Source: Dehalobacterium sp.
GTDB taxonomy: Bacteria; Bacillota; Dehalobacteriia; Dehalobacteriales; Dehalobacteriaceae
Direction: 5' to 3'
Assembly (NCBI GenBank): GCA_040766325.1
Contig: JAXGQR010000009.1
Coordinates: 65,495-129,494, forward strand
DNA length: 64,000 nt
Positions within the stretch are counted from its first letter, which is position 1. Every line of letters starts with the position of its first letter. The notes below the pieces were generated by a model that was given only the letters and a program-made list of their open reading frames with translations, did no database searches and was not told where the DNA came from. Below are positions 1 through 8,345 of this stretch, piece after piece. The position numbers and the translations under genes are program-made.

Positions 1-362
1 AAGCCATTCCTTAAGGATGACGGCATTGTTATGGGTGGATCTTTGGCAGCATAGAGCAATGTCACTGGAGCATCCTCGAGCTTAGTTTCTAATACGGGTA
101 AACGAAATCATGGGCAAATTCATTATTGTCCAGCTCTTGAAGATATTTTCCCTTAAACTCCTCCATGAGATCCGCATCATGGTGAAAGGCTTTTTCTGAT
201 TTCTGCACTTAGGTGAGATAGATTTTGCCCATTCGTCAAGATGAGCCTTTTCTTTACTTGATTCCTCTGGGCCAGATCCTGTCAACTAAAACTCCGATAC
301 CCGTCATCACTGGTGGGAGGTTCGTAGATTCTTTTAATTTTCACGTTATTAATGAGATTCAT
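1..362 (-). pseudogene. DUF488-family protein, decayed; 3' end runs off the window
   Basis: SD ggagg plus ATG at 362. The N-terminus reads MNLINNVKIKRIYEPPTSDDGYR. The recognisable family blocks LVDRIWPRGIK, KEKAHLDEWAK, AFHHDADLMEEFKGKYLQEL, DAPVTLLYAAKDPP and HNNAVILKEWL then each lie in a different frame, implying at least five indels in about 360 nt. Confidence 0.6.
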
Positions 363-414
363 GTCCGGCCTCCTTCGCCATAAAACAAAAAACCTTCTGT
401 GCATGCCTTTCTAA

Positions 415-2871
415 CTAATCAACTTCATAAGCAGGTATCATTTCATTATTCTCTCCCCTATTAAAGGGAACCCACGCCAAACCCACTAGATGGATGGTAA
501 TATTTTTACTTGTTGCCTTGATTTCGACTTCTTCAAGCTTCTCTTTCAACATGTCGTACTTGTCGGATATCTTGATCAATTGTTCTTCAAGCTCGGCCTG
601 TAATGCTTCAAGCTGCACCTCCACAGACCGTAGGGTTTCCTGAGCCTGGTCGATATTCTGACTACTGTTTAAAGCCCGAAGTGCTTTTTACCGCAGATCC
701 AACCCGGGATATGGACGTCGCAGTGATTTTTTTCCGGCCGAAGAGAGCTCCCAATAAGGCATTTCCTGCAGAAACAACTGCTTCCATTTTCTTTTGGGAT
801 GATAAGGCATCTAGTTTTTCAATCGTTTGCCTTGCTCGTTTTTGTTTATTTTCCAGGGTATCAATTTTCACAGCATATTTTTTTCTCATATTTTCCAAAG
901 CTTCATCCCGAGACTCATGGGCCAAATGTTGTAACCGTATCCGAAAATCACGCTCATCTTCTCCATCTTCGGAAACTAATTTTAATGTGGGACTGAAAAA
1001 AAGCCGTAAACTTAAATTGGTCCGGATAAATTGATTTAAGAGTTTCTCCCAGGTATTATAATTTCGGGCATGAGATGCCGCATCGGGATAATTGAGAAAA
1101 GATGCCCCTTTGATCGGTTCCGTACTCAGGTCGCGCAGGTCATGTTGAATAAACCGGGCTTCACGCCAATCCAGCGCCACCGGCCCTTCATGAAGGGGAG
1201 CAAGCATCGTATAACTTTTACCTACTGAAACCCCATACTTTGCGCTGCTGTAGAGCACATCGGTGTTCCCGATAACAAAAGGCACGTACACCGGGGTTTC
1301 ATTTGCGCCGTGCTTTACAGGAAGAAATACTTGTTTTATTTGCGGCGCTAATAGAGGTTGGTTCGTATGCATTTCATTGGTCGCTTTGGGTTGTTTCTTG
1401 GAAAAATCCTCCTCGATAGTAATGCGGTCATCAGCATGCTGATCTTTTTCATGAAAAACCTGATTAAGCTGATGGGCAGAAAGTGCAGCAATTTGATCCC
1501 TGGTCAGAGGGCCGGCCAAATAAGACAAGACCCACCTGGTACTAAAAATTACCGGTTCATCATCATGAACACTGTGCAAATAAAAAACCCGCTGACCAAG
1601 CTCTGCCAAAATCTGCTCGGTGCGAGCTTTGTCAAATTTACTTCCTAAAGCCGCACCTTGTAACCCTGCCAGTACCCTTTCCTTATCACGTTCCGTTTGC
1701 AGTCGACCGATAAACCAGATTCCCGCATTAGAAAGAGCTTTATAGTCAAGATCAACAGGATTTTGTGTTGACAACACCAATCCTAAGCCAAATGCCCGGG
1801 CCTGCTTGAGAAGGGTCAATAGGGGGGTCTTGGAGGGAGGATTGGCCGTAGGCGGTAGATAACCAAATAATTCATCCATATAAAGGAGTGCCCTCAGGCT
1901 TCCGGTACCCGGCTGGCTGCGCATCCAGGACAATACTTCATTCAAAAGCATGGTCACAAAAAACATGCGCTCACGGTCGGAAAGATGATTAATAGAAAAT
2001 ACCGAAACGCAGGGTTTCCCTGTTTCGTTATAGAGAAAACGATTAACGTCCAGAGGTACACCATCCAGCCACGCACTGAAACCAGGCGCGGCTAAAAGAT
2101 TATTCAGCATCATGGCCAGGGAAAACCTGTCTTTCGCGGGATAAAAACTTTCCAAATCCATAATGCCCACTTTATCCATGGGTGGTTTTTGAATTGCCCC
2201 AATAAGTTGCGCTAGATCAAGATTTTGCCCGGAGCTCCACGCCTTTTCTAAAATATTTGAGATCAAAATATATTCCCGACTGGTAAAAGGATCACCCTCA
2301 TAACCGATTAAGGAAAGCAATCCGGTGGTGGTAACGTTGATCCGATCCCTGTATGCGTCTTGATCATCGATAATTTCCTGGGGCGGAGCGTTAAAAGAAC
2401 GCAGTACCGAAACCCCGATACCCGCTGAACTGCCCGGCGTATAAATTTTTACATCAGCAGCGTTGCGCAGTTTTTCGATTCTTTGTCCATCCTGACCCCA
2501 ATCGGCCAGTCCTTGGCGCCACATTTCTGCCTGAGACTGAGCATATTCATCTGCCTTTAATCCTTTGTTTTCAGCTTCATGAAGATTGACCCAAGGTCGA
2601 AAATCCTCGCCACGCAATTGGGGAAAAGTTAAGGCAATATTTCCTAAATCGCCTTTGGGGTCAATGGCCAGGACCGGAATGTTATCGATGGCAGCTTCTT
2701 CGATGATTCCAATACCCAATCCCGTTTTGCCGCTGCCTGTCATGCCAATGATTACAGCGTGTGTTGTTAAATCCTTTGACTTTAAAAGAACATAATCTTC
2801 TTGGAGCTTTTTTCTGCCAGATCATACTCCTTGCCTAAATAAAACACCCCGAGTTTCTCAAAATCCTGCAT
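415..2871 (-). pseudogene. HerA/DUF87-like P-loop ATPase (about 815 aa if repaired), broken by two homopolymer frameshifts
   Basis: The main ORF is 662-2743 and carries the Walker A motif GMTGSGKT. SD ggagga plus ATG at 2871 opens a 29-codon ORF (MQDFEKLGVFYLGKEYDLAEK...) that joins the main frame if the T6 run at 2808-2813 were T7. The open frame that contains the 415-624 GTG ORF extends upstream past the stop at 662 (KALRALNSSQNIDQAQETLRSVEVQLEAL...). It joins the main frame if the T5 run at 685-689 were T4. Confidence 0.7.
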
Positions 2872-2953
2872 TTTTATCATCCTCCTGTGAAAATCATCTT
2901 CTGATTCTTGTCATCAGGCTTTCAAGCTTTGCTCAATGAGATATTAATTATTT

Positions 2954-3223
2954 TCAGCTATCGCAAAAAGTAATCTTTTCATTTACTTGTACTACATCAT
3001 ATATGACTCCCAAAAATGATCTTCCGTAATCGCCCAGGTAATCAATGATTTTTTCTTCATTAATCAGCTTGATTTGGGTCGGTTCACTGATCGTGCTGAG
3101 AAGATCCCATAAGGCATCTAAATTTCTGCCATAATAATCGGGAAAGTTCAGCATTGCCGCTATGTAACCATGAGCTGCATCGATAGAAATCATTTCTGCA
3201 CCGTCTAATATGACATCCCTCAT
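2954..3223 (-). CDS. barstar-family ribonuclease inhibitor
   Basis: An 89-aa acidic protein with the barstar-like block YYGRNLDALWDLL. It lies 5 nt downstream of the ribonuclease gene on the same strand. Confidence 0.8.
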   Translation of the reverse strand: MRDVILDGAEMISIDAAHGYIAAMLNFPDYYGRNLDALWDLLSTISEPTQIKLINEEKIIDYLGDYGRSFLGVIYDVVQVNEKITFCDS

Positions 3224-3228
3224 ATCAT

Positions 3229-3702
3229 TTACCTCTCTTCGAGTGAAATTTCTGTAAATGTTTGATAATGATCTTTGGTATAATAAATCAGGCCATCATT
3301 GGAATATACAAGACGTTCTGCTCCTCGGAATCCACCTTGGTAATTGACATCACATTCATACCATTTTCTTCCTTGGGCTTGGGGCAACCGCCCTTCACGG
3401 TTGCCAAAAACATCTCCTCCAATACTCATCCCATCAGCCACCTCCCAAAGATTACCTTGCTGACTTTCCCATCCCAGGGCCGTGGCCTCCTTCTTGGTGA
3501 GATAATTAGAAGGCAACTGCTTGTAGCGATGAAGGTATGCTGCTACTTCCTCCGGGGTAGAATAGCTCCCCTCTGGCTCCATCTCCATAATATTCGTTTG
3601 ATCTGATGATTTAATATCCTCGATTGCACTTAAGCTTCCGCAAGCGATGATGTTAAATGAAAGTAGCAAGATTAATAATAATAGTGCCGTCCTTCTATTC
3701 AT
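3229..3702 (-). CDS. secreted barnase/N1-T1-family guanyl-specific ribonuclease, lipoprotein
   Basis: Signal peptide with lipobox IIAC. The mature part carries the barnase-like blocks YLHRYKQLPSNYLTKKEA, GGDVFGNREGRLP and YECDV...RGAERLVYS. Confidence 0.8.
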   Translation of the reverse strand: MNRRTALLLLILLLSFNIIACGSLSAIEDIKSSDQTNIMEMEPEGSYSTPEEVAAYLHRYKQLPSNYLTKKEATALGWESQQGNLWEVADGMSIGGDVFGNREGRLPQAQGRKWYECDVNYQGGFRGAERLVYSNDGLIYYTKDHYQTFTEISLEER

Positions 3703-3825
3703 AAAGCCTCTCCTGTCACTTAAAATTTGCCGTCCATTTTCGAAATTATTTTCAAAATTTTATACTGCTCCTGCACTCCATGATTAAAACTATTATTTCA
3801 TGAAATATTTAAAACCTACACAGTG

Positions 3826-4452
3826 CTAAATCGCACAAAGATACAGAGATGAACGCTTCCCGATATTGATCTCTTGCATATTTTCAAACTGCTCCTGCAA
3901 TTCATCTTTGACTGTTTTAATAAAGTTAAAATAAGCGCCCCCTTCCAACCATTCCACAAGATTCGTAATGAGAGAGCGGCCTTCGTTATAGTCCACAAGA
4001 ACCACCAAATTTTTAGCAACTCTCTTCATCTCCCCGTACATAATGCGTCTTTCCTCTGGTTCGAATCCATGCGCGACATAAGACGCAAAGGCCAGGTCAA
4101 AACTTTTATCCTCAAAGGGCAAACCACGGAGCACATCTCCTTGCATAAATTGCAGCAATGGACCCTTCATCCTTTGCTCCGTCTTTTGTTGGGCAATGCG
4201 AATCATTTTTTCCGCCGGATCAATCCCGGTAACGGCTAAGCCATACTGATGCAGTGCATAGCACAAAGCACCGGTGCCACATCCAATGTCGATTACATTG
4301 TTATACAGAGATAGATCCAAATCATGACGCACCTTTTTAAGAATTCCTTGATAGTTCCTCACCTGCCAGGCAAAAAAGAGACCATAAACGCCGGATATCC
4401 GATTAAACAAAGCATGTTTTTCCTTTGTCCTCAAATCAATAACCCCACTCAA
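3826..4452 (-). CDS. class I SAM-dependent methyltransferase
   Basis: Motif I VIDIGCGTGAL, a 208-aa Methyltransf_11-like layout, and a TTG start. Confidence 0.7.
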   Translation of the reverse strand: MSGVIDLRTKEKHALFNRISGVYGLFFAWQVRNYQGILKKVRHDLDLSLYNNVIDIGCGTGALCYALHQYGLAVTGIDPAEKMIRIAQQKTEQRMKGPLLQFMQGDVLRGLPFEDKSFDLAFASYVAHGFEPEERRIMYGEMKRVAKNLVVLVDYNEGRSLITNLVEWLEGGAYFNFIKTVKDELQEQFENMQEINIGKRSSLYLCAI

Positions 4453-4527
4453 CTTATGCTTTAAGTATTACGGTTTCGCACCATTATGGGTTGGCTTCGA
4501 TAAGCTTAATTTGTTTTCCTAAGGTGT

Positions 4528-4560
4528 AAAAAAAGTATACCACATATTGGTATACTTTTA
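4528..4560. terminator. orphan bidirectional hairpin (AAAAAGTATACCA-N4-TGGTATACTTTTT)
   Basis: A perfect 13-bp palindromic stem flanked by A and T runs. It lies upstream of the methyltransferase start, so it does not terminate any annotated gene. Confidence 0.4.
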
Positions 4561-4762
4561 TAATTATTTAACTTTTTAATTTATTTTAGCTGATCGACGT
4601 GCATCTTCTCTCATTAGTTCCAAAAAAACCATGAAATTATTGAATCATTGAGTTATCTCCTGTAAAAGACAGCATCTCTGAGAAATTGGTCCGGTATTTT
4701 TTCTTGATCATCAAGGAATCTATCATACTCTTAATAATCCCTTCTGAGGCTCTTTCCCTTCC

Positions 4763-4792
4763 GTTGACACGAGGATAGATATTAGGATATGA
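4763..4792 (+). promoter_or_regulatory. sigmaA-type promoter for the riboswitch-ehu transcript
   Basis: TTGACA, an 18-nt spacer, then TATGAT, about 30 nt upstream of the aptamer. Confidence 0.4.
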
Positions 4793-4821
4793 TTATACAT
4801 ATTGTAGACGAAGACATTTTC

Positions 4822-4944
4822 AAAAGCTGAATTTCCCAAAAGGAAAACGGGGGAACCATTTCTGGGGTGAATCGCATGAAAAGAAAATTTTAATGCGTAG
4901 GGCGTGTTTCAGGTCCGAATCCGTCAGCTAACCTCGTAAGCGTG
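4822..4944 (+). promoter_or_regulatory. c-di-AMP riboswitch (ydaO-yuaA class), copy 1
   Basis: Carries the class-defining blocks ACGGGGGAACC, CUGGGGUGAAUC, GUAGGGCG and CCGAAUCCGUCAGCUAACCUCGUAAGCG in the canonical order. Confidence 0.85.
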
Positions 4945-5010
4945 TGAAACATTTGCTTTCTGTTTTGTTTAATTTTTCTTAATTTTTGAAAGTATTTGCG
5001 CGTTCTTTTG

Positions 5011-5036
5011 GGGGCCACACAATGGCCCTTTTTGTG
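5011..5036 (+). terminator. intrinsic terminator (expression platform of riboswitch copy 1)
   Basis: GGGCCA-CACAA-TGGCCC followed by TTTTT, located between the aptamer and the ehuB start. Confidence 0.7.
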
Positions 5037-5110
5037 TTGCTTTTTTAGGGGAAATTTACGTCTGCTCTACGTCTGCTGGATGAAAATTTCAATTTTGAGA
5101 GGAGAAAAAA

Positions 5111-5980
5111 ATGAGAAAGTTGGTTGCAGGATTATTGTTTGTCAGTTTATTGGTCTTTACAGGATGCGGGTCATCAAATTCAGATGGGGAATCAGACGAT
5201 CAAACCACATTTGAAAAAGTTAAAGAACAAGGGTACGTAACCGTTGGCTTTGCCAACGAAAAGCCTTATGCTTACCAAACACCTGAAGGAGAACTAACCG
5301 GTGAGGCCGTTGAGGTAGCCCGGGTTATTTTAAAAAATTTGGGCATTGAAGAAATGCGTGGTGAACTTACTGAATTCGGTTCTCTAATTCCGGGACTGCA
5401 AGCGAAACGCTTTGACATGATCACAGCCGGTATGTTTATTACCACGGAACGAGCCCAAGAAGTAGCCTTTGCTAATCCTGAATACAGTATCGGGGGAGGC
5501 ATGGGGGTTAAAAAAGGTAATCCTCTAAATCTGCATAGTTATGAAGATATTGCAAACCATAAAACTGCCATCGTCGCATTACCCAGTGGTGTCCAGGAGT
5601 ACGACTATCTAATCGCATCCGGGGTGCCCGAGGATCGTATTATGACTGTTCCGGATATCGCATCAGCCCTTGCCGCAGTGCAAGCAGGCCGTGCCGATGC
5701 CTTCACTGCAACAGGACCGGCAGTTCAGGCCACATTAGATTCCGCCAACGATCCCAATATGGAGCGTGTTATGAATTTTGAACTCATTCTTGAAGGGGAA
5801 ACGGTTCAAGATTATGGTGCCACGGCTTTTCGCAAGGACGATAACGATTTTCGGGAAGCATTTAATGCCGAACTAAAAAAACTGCAAGATTCGGGAGAAC
5901 TCTTAACCATTATCGAACCCTTTGGCTTTACGGAACAAGAACTCCCCGGTGATGTTACCATCGATGATTTAATAAAATAA
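5111..5980 (+). CDS. ehuB: ABC transporter substrate-binding lipoprotein, ectoine/hydroxyectoine EhuB-like
   Basis: Lipobox FTGC. The blocks IPGLQAKRFDMITAGMF, KKGNPLNLHSYEDIA, ANDPNMERV, TAFRKDDNDFREAFNAELKKLQDSGEL and IIEPFGF resemble EhuB as I recall it. Confidence 0.65.
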   Translation: MRKLVAGLLFVSLLVFTGCGSSNSDGESDDQTTFEKVKEQGYVTVGFANEKPYAYQTPEGELTGEAVEVARVILKNLGIEEMRGELTEFGSLIPGLQAKRFDMITAGMFITTERAQEVAFANPEYSIGGGMGVKKGNPLNLHSYEDIANHKTAIVALPSGVQEYDYLIASGVPEDRIMTVPDIASALAAVQAGRADAFTATGPAVQATLDSANDPNMERVMNFELILEGETVQDYGATAFRKDDNDFREAFNAELKKLQDSGELLTIIEPFGFTEQELPGDVTIDDLIK

Positions 5981-6026
5981 TCCATCGTAAAATCATCTCA
6001 GAATTTATTTTCATGTTACATGATAA

Positions 6027-6692
6027 GTGAAAGGAATTTACAATGTGAGTACTTTACTAACTCTGCTGCCCCCTCTTTTAGAGGGGGCCAAGGTTACAAT
6101 TCAAATCACCTTTTGGGGCATTATCCTGGGATTTATTCTTGCTTTTGTCGCGGGATTCGCCAGATTATCGAAGTATCGTTTGCTAAGAATTGTCGCAACA
6201 GTTTATGTGGAAGTCTTTAGAGGAACGTCGCTTCTGGTACAGCTTTTCTGGATCTACTTTGTTTTACCCCATTTTGGTCTTTTTCTGCCTACAATGCTTT
6301 CCGCCGTTTTAGCCTTAGGCCTAAACGCCGGAGCTTATGGCTCCGAAGTGGTACGCAGCTCAATCCTGAACGTTTCCAAAGGGCAAATAGAAGCAAGTAT
6401 TGCTCTCAATATGACCCCCTTCCAGCGCATGCGTCTGGTTATTTTACCCCAGGCTTTTGTCATGATGCTGCCTGGTTTTGGCAACCTGCAGATTGAACTC
6501 TTGAAAGGAACCTCCCTGGTATCTCTCATCACCTTAGCGGATATGACCTATCAGGGAACGATTCTCAGAGCTGCCACATTCCAAACAACAGAAATCTATA
6601 GCCTGCTTTTGATCATGTACTTCCTGCTTGCCTGGCCTCTAACACGAGGTATTCGTTGGTTGGAAAACAGGTTATCTATAGGGAGGTATTAA
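6027..6692 (+). CDS. ehuC: amino-acid ABC transporter permease (EhuC-like)
   Basis: His/Glu/Gln/Arg/opine-type permease with multiple TM segments. An alternative GTG start at 6045 has better SD spacing. Confidence 0.7.
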   Translation: MKGIYNVSTLLTLLPPLLEGAKVTIQITFWGIILGFILAFVAGFARLSKYRLLRIVATVYVEVFRGTSLLVQLFWIYFVLPHFGLFLPTMLSAVLALGLNAGAYGSEVVRSSILNVSKGQIEASIALNMTPFQRMRLVILPQAFVMMLPGFGNLQIELLKGTSLVSLITLADMTYQGTILRAATFQTTEIYSLLLIMYFLLAWPLTRGIRWLENRLSIGRY

Positions 6693-6695
6693 TAT

Positions 6696-7349
6696 ATGTG
6701 GGATTGGGATTTTGCATTTTCGATTCTACCGCAAATTTTATCAACTTTGAAAATTACCATTATCGCAACCTTTGGCGGATTCACCTTGGCTTTAGTCTTA
6801 GGGATGTTGCTCACCATTGCTGTTAGATCTCAGTTTAAACCTCTTTCTGTCATCACCGGGGGCTTCATTCAGTTTATCAGAAGTACCCCCCTCTTGGTAC
6901 AGCTATATTTTATCTTTTTTGTCCTGCCTCAGTATGGTATTAGCCTGTCGCCTTTAACTGCGGGAGTGATTGGCTTAGGTGTCCACTACAGTACCTATCT
7001 TTCTGAGGTTTACCGTTCCGGAATTGAAGCCATACCCCAAGGGCAGTGGGAGGTTGCCACAGCTTTAAACTTTAAACCTTGGCAGGTTTGGTCTCGGATT
7101 ATTATTCCTCAGGCGATTCCTCCCATTATTCCAGTGTTGGGCAACTATCTGATTACGATGTTTAAAGAAACGCCTCTGCTTTCGGCAATTGCTCTGGTGG
7201 AAATACTGCAAACTGCCAAAATCATCGGATCACAATCTTTTCGGTACCTTGAGGGTTTCACAATTGTAGGAATTGTGTTCTTGCTCTTAAGCTACCCGGC
7301 ATCGCTGCTCATCCAAAAATTAGAAGGAAGCTTAAGGAAGGAAGCTTAA
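6696..7349 (+). CDS. ehuD: amino-acid ABC transporter permease (EhuD-like)
   Basis: The second permease of the same family, 3 nt after the previous stop. Confidence 0.7.
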   Translation: MWDWDFAFSILPQILSTLKITIIATFGGFTLALVLGMLLTIAVRSQFKPLSVITGGFIQFIRSTPLLVQLYFIFFVLPQYGISLSPLTAGVIGLGVHYSTYLSEVYRSGIEAIPQGQWEVATALNFKPWQVWSRIIIPQAIPPIIPVLGNYLITMFKETPLLSAIALVEILQTAKIIGSQSFRYLEGFTIVGIVFLLLSYPASLLIQKLEGSLRKEA

Positions 7350-7380
7350 GCAAGAAAATGAATGTTAGGAGGAGGATTTT

Positions 7381-8217
7381 ATGAGTGTACAAATGGAACA
7401 ACTGCCGAAGATGTCCCATTCAAAAATAGCAAAGCAAAAAATTTTTAGTCAACCTATTGTGCGTTACCAAAAGATCAGTAAATCCTATGGAGATTTACAG
7501 GTATTACGAGAAATTGATTTGAACATTGCACCGGGCGAAAAGGTGGCGCTTATCGGCCCCAGCGGCTCAGGAAAAACCACCTTGGCCCGGCTCTTAATGA
7601 CCTTAGAGGAGCCTACATCCGGGGAAATCGAAGTAGAAGGAGAGCTTCTATGGCATCAAAAGGTTAATGATAAATTAGTTAAGGCCAAGGAAAGCCACAT
7701 CCGCAAGCTGCGCGGCAATATCGGCATGGTCTTTCAACACTTTAACCTTTTTCCCCATATGAATGTCTTAAAAAATGTCACTGCCGCTCCGATTAATGTA
7801 TTGGGGATTAAACCGGATATCGCCAAAGCAGAAGCCATGTCTATGCTGGAAAAGGTTGGATTGATCGATAAAATAAATACCTATCCTGCTCAGCTTTCCG
7901 GCGGACAAAAGCAAAGGGTTGCCATCGCTCGAGCACTGGTCATGCGTCCCAAAATCATGTTATTTGATGAACCGACTTCTGCCTTGGATCCTGAATTAGT
8001 GGAAGAGGTTTTAGAAGTGATCCGAGAAATTGCGGATGAAGGAGAAATGGCAATGCTCCTTATCACTCATGAAATGAATTTTGCCCGGGATGTAGCCGAT
8101 CGGGTTTGTTTCTTTGATGAGGGAAAAATCGTGGAGCAGGGAACACCGAAAAAGATTTTTAACAATCCTCAAAGCCCTCGGTTACAATCATTTTTACGAC
8201 GTTTTAACAGCCATTAA
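7381..8217 (+). CDS. ehuA: ABC transporter ATP-binding protein (EhuA-like)
   Basis: Walker A GPSGSGKTT, signature LSGGQKQRV, Walker B MLFDEPTSALD, and the LMTLEEPTSG block typical of EhuA-type proteins. Confidence 0.75.
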   Translation: MSVQMEQLPKMSHSKIAKQKIFSQPIVRYQKISKSYGDLQVLREIDLNIAPGEKVALIGPSGSGKTTLARLLMTLEEPTSGEIEVEGELLWHQKVNDKLVKAKESHIRKLRGNIGMVFQHFNLFPHMNVLKNVTAAPINVLGIKPDIAKAEAMSMLEKVGLIDKINTYPAQLSGGQKQRVAIARALVMRPKIMLFDEPTSALDPELVEEVLEVIREIADEGEMAMLLITHEMNFARDVADRVCFFDEGKIVEQGTPKKIFNNPQSPRLQSFLRRFNSH

Positions 8218-8257
8218 ATCACAAAAACAAGTGCACACTCACACTTTTTAATACTTT

Positions 8258-8290
8258 AAAAGGGTACTCTTATGAACAGAGTACCCTTTC
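8258..8290. terminator. bidirectional terminator between ehuA and recQ
   Basis: AAGGGTACTCT-N7-AGAGTACCCTT with flanking A/T runs, between convergent genes. Confidence 0.7.
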
Positions 8291-8345
8291 TTGTATCTTG
8301 ATGATATATTAAACCTTACCCTTATCCCATGATCCGTTTATCCCT

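Noticed and set aside
603-1034. 143-aa plus-strand ORF, plus 799-996 and 1358-1648
   Set aside because: All are antisense shadows of the HerA-like ATPase gene.
4822-4944. Lysine (L-box) or glycine riboswitch, considered because of the amino-acid-related downstream genes
   Set aside because: The sequence lacks the L-box and glycine core motifs. It carries the ydaO-class blocks (ACGGGGGA.CC, GGGGUGAAUC, CAGCUAACCUCGUAAGCG).
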